A stretch of 63,815 bases of DNA, the filler included, from Neolecta irregularis DAH-3 (lineage: Eukaryota): the NCBI GenBank assembly GCA_001929475.1. It is 4 parts of 4 records of this genome, joined end to end, with 100 filler letters (N's around TTAATTAATTAA, not from the genome) between each part and the next. Parts side by side here need not be neighbours in the genome. Positions count along the whole stretch, not along the records: positions 55,016 to 62,482 come from LXFE01002280.1; positions 62,583 to 63,815 come from LXFE01002309.1; 2 more parts are not named here. The stretch is one strand, 5' to 3'. Position numbers and translations under genes: made by a program. Of the stretch, positions 60,941 to 63,815 are shown one piece after another (the stretch's first letter is position 1; every line of letters starts with the position of its first letter). Below the pieces are notes generated by a model. It had not been told where the DNA came from, searched no databases, and saw nothing but the letters and a program-made list of their open reading frames with translations.

Positions 60941-61763
60941 AATGAAAGTAAGCCCGGAAGGAAGGAGCGACGGAAAGCAAGGGCAAAAGTCCGCGGGATC
61001 TAATGAGCTTAAAGATCATTTGACCACTTGAACCCAAACAAACAATTCCTGCACGGAGAAGTGGATACAAGTTCGCCGAAGCATACGTGTCAGACGCATG
61101 ACCGAGGAAAATCCTTGCGGAGTATCAGTGGCGCCAAGGTGCTCCATAGATCTTAGTCCGATGATCTTTGAGTTCAGATTCAGCAAAAATCTTCGCCTGG
61201 CCATGGAAGAGAAGCGATTTTACAGTGGCCGGGGAGTTCTATCTTGCAACGCGCTAAAATGAAATCCGTCATGGTCCAAACGCTAAAATGAATTTGCAGG
61301 ATAATGTATTCGGGGTTCCGCATGCAGAATATTTCTATCCGGAATTCGAGAGTGATTGTATGTTCCGCGGCTCTGCTCTAGTCGTTGTCTAGATCAAGGT
61401 GGAGATCAAGGCGGATTCAGACCTCGAATATCGATTACGAATAGTCGGACTGCATATGAATGCAACCTCGAATGGCAAAGGTATAATACGTGATACATGC
61501 AATTCTACGATGCATTCTTACTGAGACGTCCATTCATTAGACGTATTAACTCATGAGATGTACGATGTGCGTGTCACCTGAACGAGGACCAACTATGTAT
61601 TATGATATGAAGAAGCGGGGATAAGTTTGACAAATGTCTGAGTATTCCTCTGTTTCTAAGTAGAAGGGGTGTAATGTGAATATATGCGGTAATTAATGTA
61701 CGGTTACACGTGAACACGCAGCTTCATTGATGGAAGGAGGAGGAAGGGCCGGTCCAATAGGCG

Positions 61764-62012
61764 GGAGTATTGTGAATACTGCAAGAGAGAAAGAGAGAAA
61801 GAGGAGTATTGTGAATACTGCACGACAGAAAGAGGAACTGCACGACAGAAAGAGTATTGTGAATACTGCACGACAGAAAGAGTATTGGCATGTTACGGGA
61901 GGTGGATGTAGTATAGAATCACGATATGACNNNNNNNNNNAGAAAGAGGAGTATTGTGAATACTGCAAGAGAGAAAGAGAGAAAGAGGAGTATTGTGAAT
62001 ACTGCACGACAG
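61764..62012. repeat. Repeat array with palindromic core AGTATT-GTG-AATACT
   Basis: AGTATTGTGAATACTGCA at 61766, 61805, 61853, 61950 and 61989, with GA-rich spacers and two 10-N gaps. Confidence 0.88.
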
Positions 62013-62115
62013 ANNNNNNNNNNGCAGCGATAGACGCGAGGAAGAATAGGATGATATTACACACCGAGGCAATAAGGATATCCCAAGTAATAAACAAATA
62101 ACCCAAAAGCAAGGA

Positions 62116-62482
62116 CTATGTATCCCAGCGGTGGTCAAACGAGCGGCGCTCGGGCTTTGGCGACAGGGATTTGAGGAGCTCTTCGAGCCGGATGCGTTCG
62201 AGGCGTTCCTTTTCTGAAGAGTCTTTGAGGTAGCGGATGTAGTCTACGCTTTTGCGGAGGATGGCGCCCTTGTTTGGCTTTGAGGGGTTTGAGGAGGAGG
62301 CGGTGGTGGAGGGGGTTGAGGGAGCGTCGAGGAGCATGTCGTGGGGGATGAGGGAGGCGAGTTCCTGGATCTTGTCGTTGATGTTGTCGCGGCGCCTGCG
62401 TTCGACGGCGTTGTGGCTCTCGCGGCGGCGGCGGCGCTTCTCGAGGGCGGCGTGGGAGCTGCCAGTCAGCGGGGGGTAGTTA
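62116..62482 (-). CDS. bHLH(-zip) transcription factor, USF/MITF/Rtg3-like (3' part)
   Basis: [33 protein letters not shown]...[17 protein letters not shown]. Confidence 0.92.
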
Positions 62483-62582
62483 NNNNNNNNNNNNNNNNNN
62501 NNNNNNNNNNNNNNNNNNNNNNNNNNTTAATTAATTAANNNNNNNNNNNNNNNNNNNNNNNNNNNNNNNNNNNNNNNNNNNN
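62483..62582. other. Artificial contig linker
   Basis: 44 N + TTAATTAATTAA + 44 N. Confidence 0.97.
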
Positions 62583-62906
62583 AGGTCGGGCCAGAGACCG
62601 TGGATAGTGAAGCTGTCCTCGGGTCCCTCGTCCCAGAATTGAGTCTGCATCATGACTCCTCCAGGAGAATTGATGCAACACTTGTCCTTCTTCTATTAAT
62701 ACAGATGAATAGGAAGAGACTCTTGCGGTTGAGGAATGAGGGGAACAAGACAACTGGGGTAGTTTACAGACACTGCCCCCCTGCAACGGAGCATGTGTAA
62801 TACCCGAATTGGTAAAGAAAATCTGCGCATTGGGATTATCTGAATATGCGTGGGGCAGAAACGGAGCGCCTATCGTGATAATGATGCAGAGTAAACTGCA
62901 ATGCAT
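62583..62906 (-). CDS. RNY1: Ribonuclease T2 family, 5' part (remainder in the gap)
   Basis: Signal peptide [15 protein letters not shown]...LSC; after a short intron [34 protein letters not shown] (CAS I motif). The CAS I exon is not in the ORF track. Confidence 0.9.
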
Positions 62907-63235
62907 GATTGAATTCAAGGGGTCGTGCTGACCATCCGAAAAATATCCGCTGTTCTTACACGACCAAGGAAACGCCAACAAATATTAAGGGAAGCGGGGA
63001 TGTATACTGTCTTTGAATCAGTTTTTGTTTTGGAAAAATACGCGCAATTCAAGAGTCGAGGCTATATAATGCCCTAATCCGTTCCTTCAATCTTTATTAT
63101 TACTGGGATAATTTATCATGGTCGTTCTCAATCCACTCCGTCATCTCTTTGATGCTATGTCAGCTTGTACAGGAACGTCAGAATTCATGTGCAATTATCC
63201 ATCCTAAACCCAAGGAACGATGACCAACAAGACAG

Positions 63236-63815
63236 TTACAACTCTTTAAAACTGCCAGTTCTATTAGAAACAGTGTGAGTTGACTGACCGTATCGCTTTG
63301 GGGGGAATCGAAAGTCAGAAGGGCAGTTGATTTTTCCCAAGGATTCAAAGGCCTTGAAATCCCCGTCGATGATGCTTCCATTCACTAGGACATTTTAAAA
63401 CAAATAAATTTATACATGAGCATACCATGAAAATAATACCAGATTTCCTTGATTTCTCCACTTTGGCATTGCACAGTTGGAATCACGCCGGTAACTTTCT
63501 CAATGCTTCATGTACCGAAGATAGTTTGTATTGAAGCTGTGAATTTGGAATGATATTTTCGTCCTTGAGAGCTTTAAACGAGTCGAGTGTGTTGAAGAGA
63601 TTTATTGTTGCATTGATAAATGCGAAAACTTCGACCTCTGCTGAATATGATTGTATACAAGTGGGATTGATTGTCGAGACACATGTGCCATGTTTATTAA
63701 ACTCTATTTGTCAAATATTCTGTAGACATTTTGATTACCGTGAGTCTACAAACCGTCATTGTCGCCGGTATTCGATAGCCAGTATTTGTCCATGTATTTA
63801 ATCATATCGCCTTGT
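63236..63815 (-). pseudogene. Second RNase T2 copy (3' part) with a premature TAG and a frameshift
   Basis: YMDKYWLSNTGDNDGL*THEFNKHGTC (CAS II; TAG at 63748-63746 replaces the conserved Trp). A frame change near 63495-63500 precedes VTGVIPTVQC..GEIKEIWYYFHVNGS...NCP....PPK. Confidence 0.82.

Overview
Gene-dense fungal nuclear DNA with many very short (~35-55 nt) GT-AG introns. By inference it most resembles an early-diverging ascomycete (Taphrinomycotina, Neolecta-like). The window is four contigs joined by three artificial 100-bp linkers (44N-TTAATTAATTAA-44N at 26151, 54916 and 62483), so adjacency across them is unproven. About 27 protein genes can be reconstructed by hand-splicing: COA2, mitochondrial SHMT, two paralogous hydantoinase/oxoprolinase-DUF917 fusions, an NCS1 permease, PAN2, M17 leucine aminopeptidase, Rsm1/NIPA, NSE2, SEN15, TIM10, mitochondrial LysRS, an FN3/coiled-coil protein, lipin, LYS1, CCC2, CDC20, a Kelch-BTB protein, a small SET protein, an HMG-box protein, CDC55, NSA2, an FMO, MPP-beta, a GPI-anchored GH13, a bHLH factor and RNase T2. 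There are also three pseudogenes (Gfo/Idh/MocA, a TIM10 duplicate, RNase T2), LTR-like and hAT-like relics, and several minisatellites. Most notable observations: (1) a ~0.8-kb helix-rich non-coding interval (30180-31000) carrying a CUAACCCUAA template-like motif and an Sm site on the minus strand, a candidate telomerase RNA starting just behind a protein-coding gene; (2) a divergent hydantoinase-DUF917/NCS1 gene pair with a duplicated enzyme gene and a decayed oxidoreductase, suggesting an uncharacterised catabolic system; (3) an RNase T2 copy with TAG at a conserved Trp. Exon boundaries were read by eye and CDS spans include introns.
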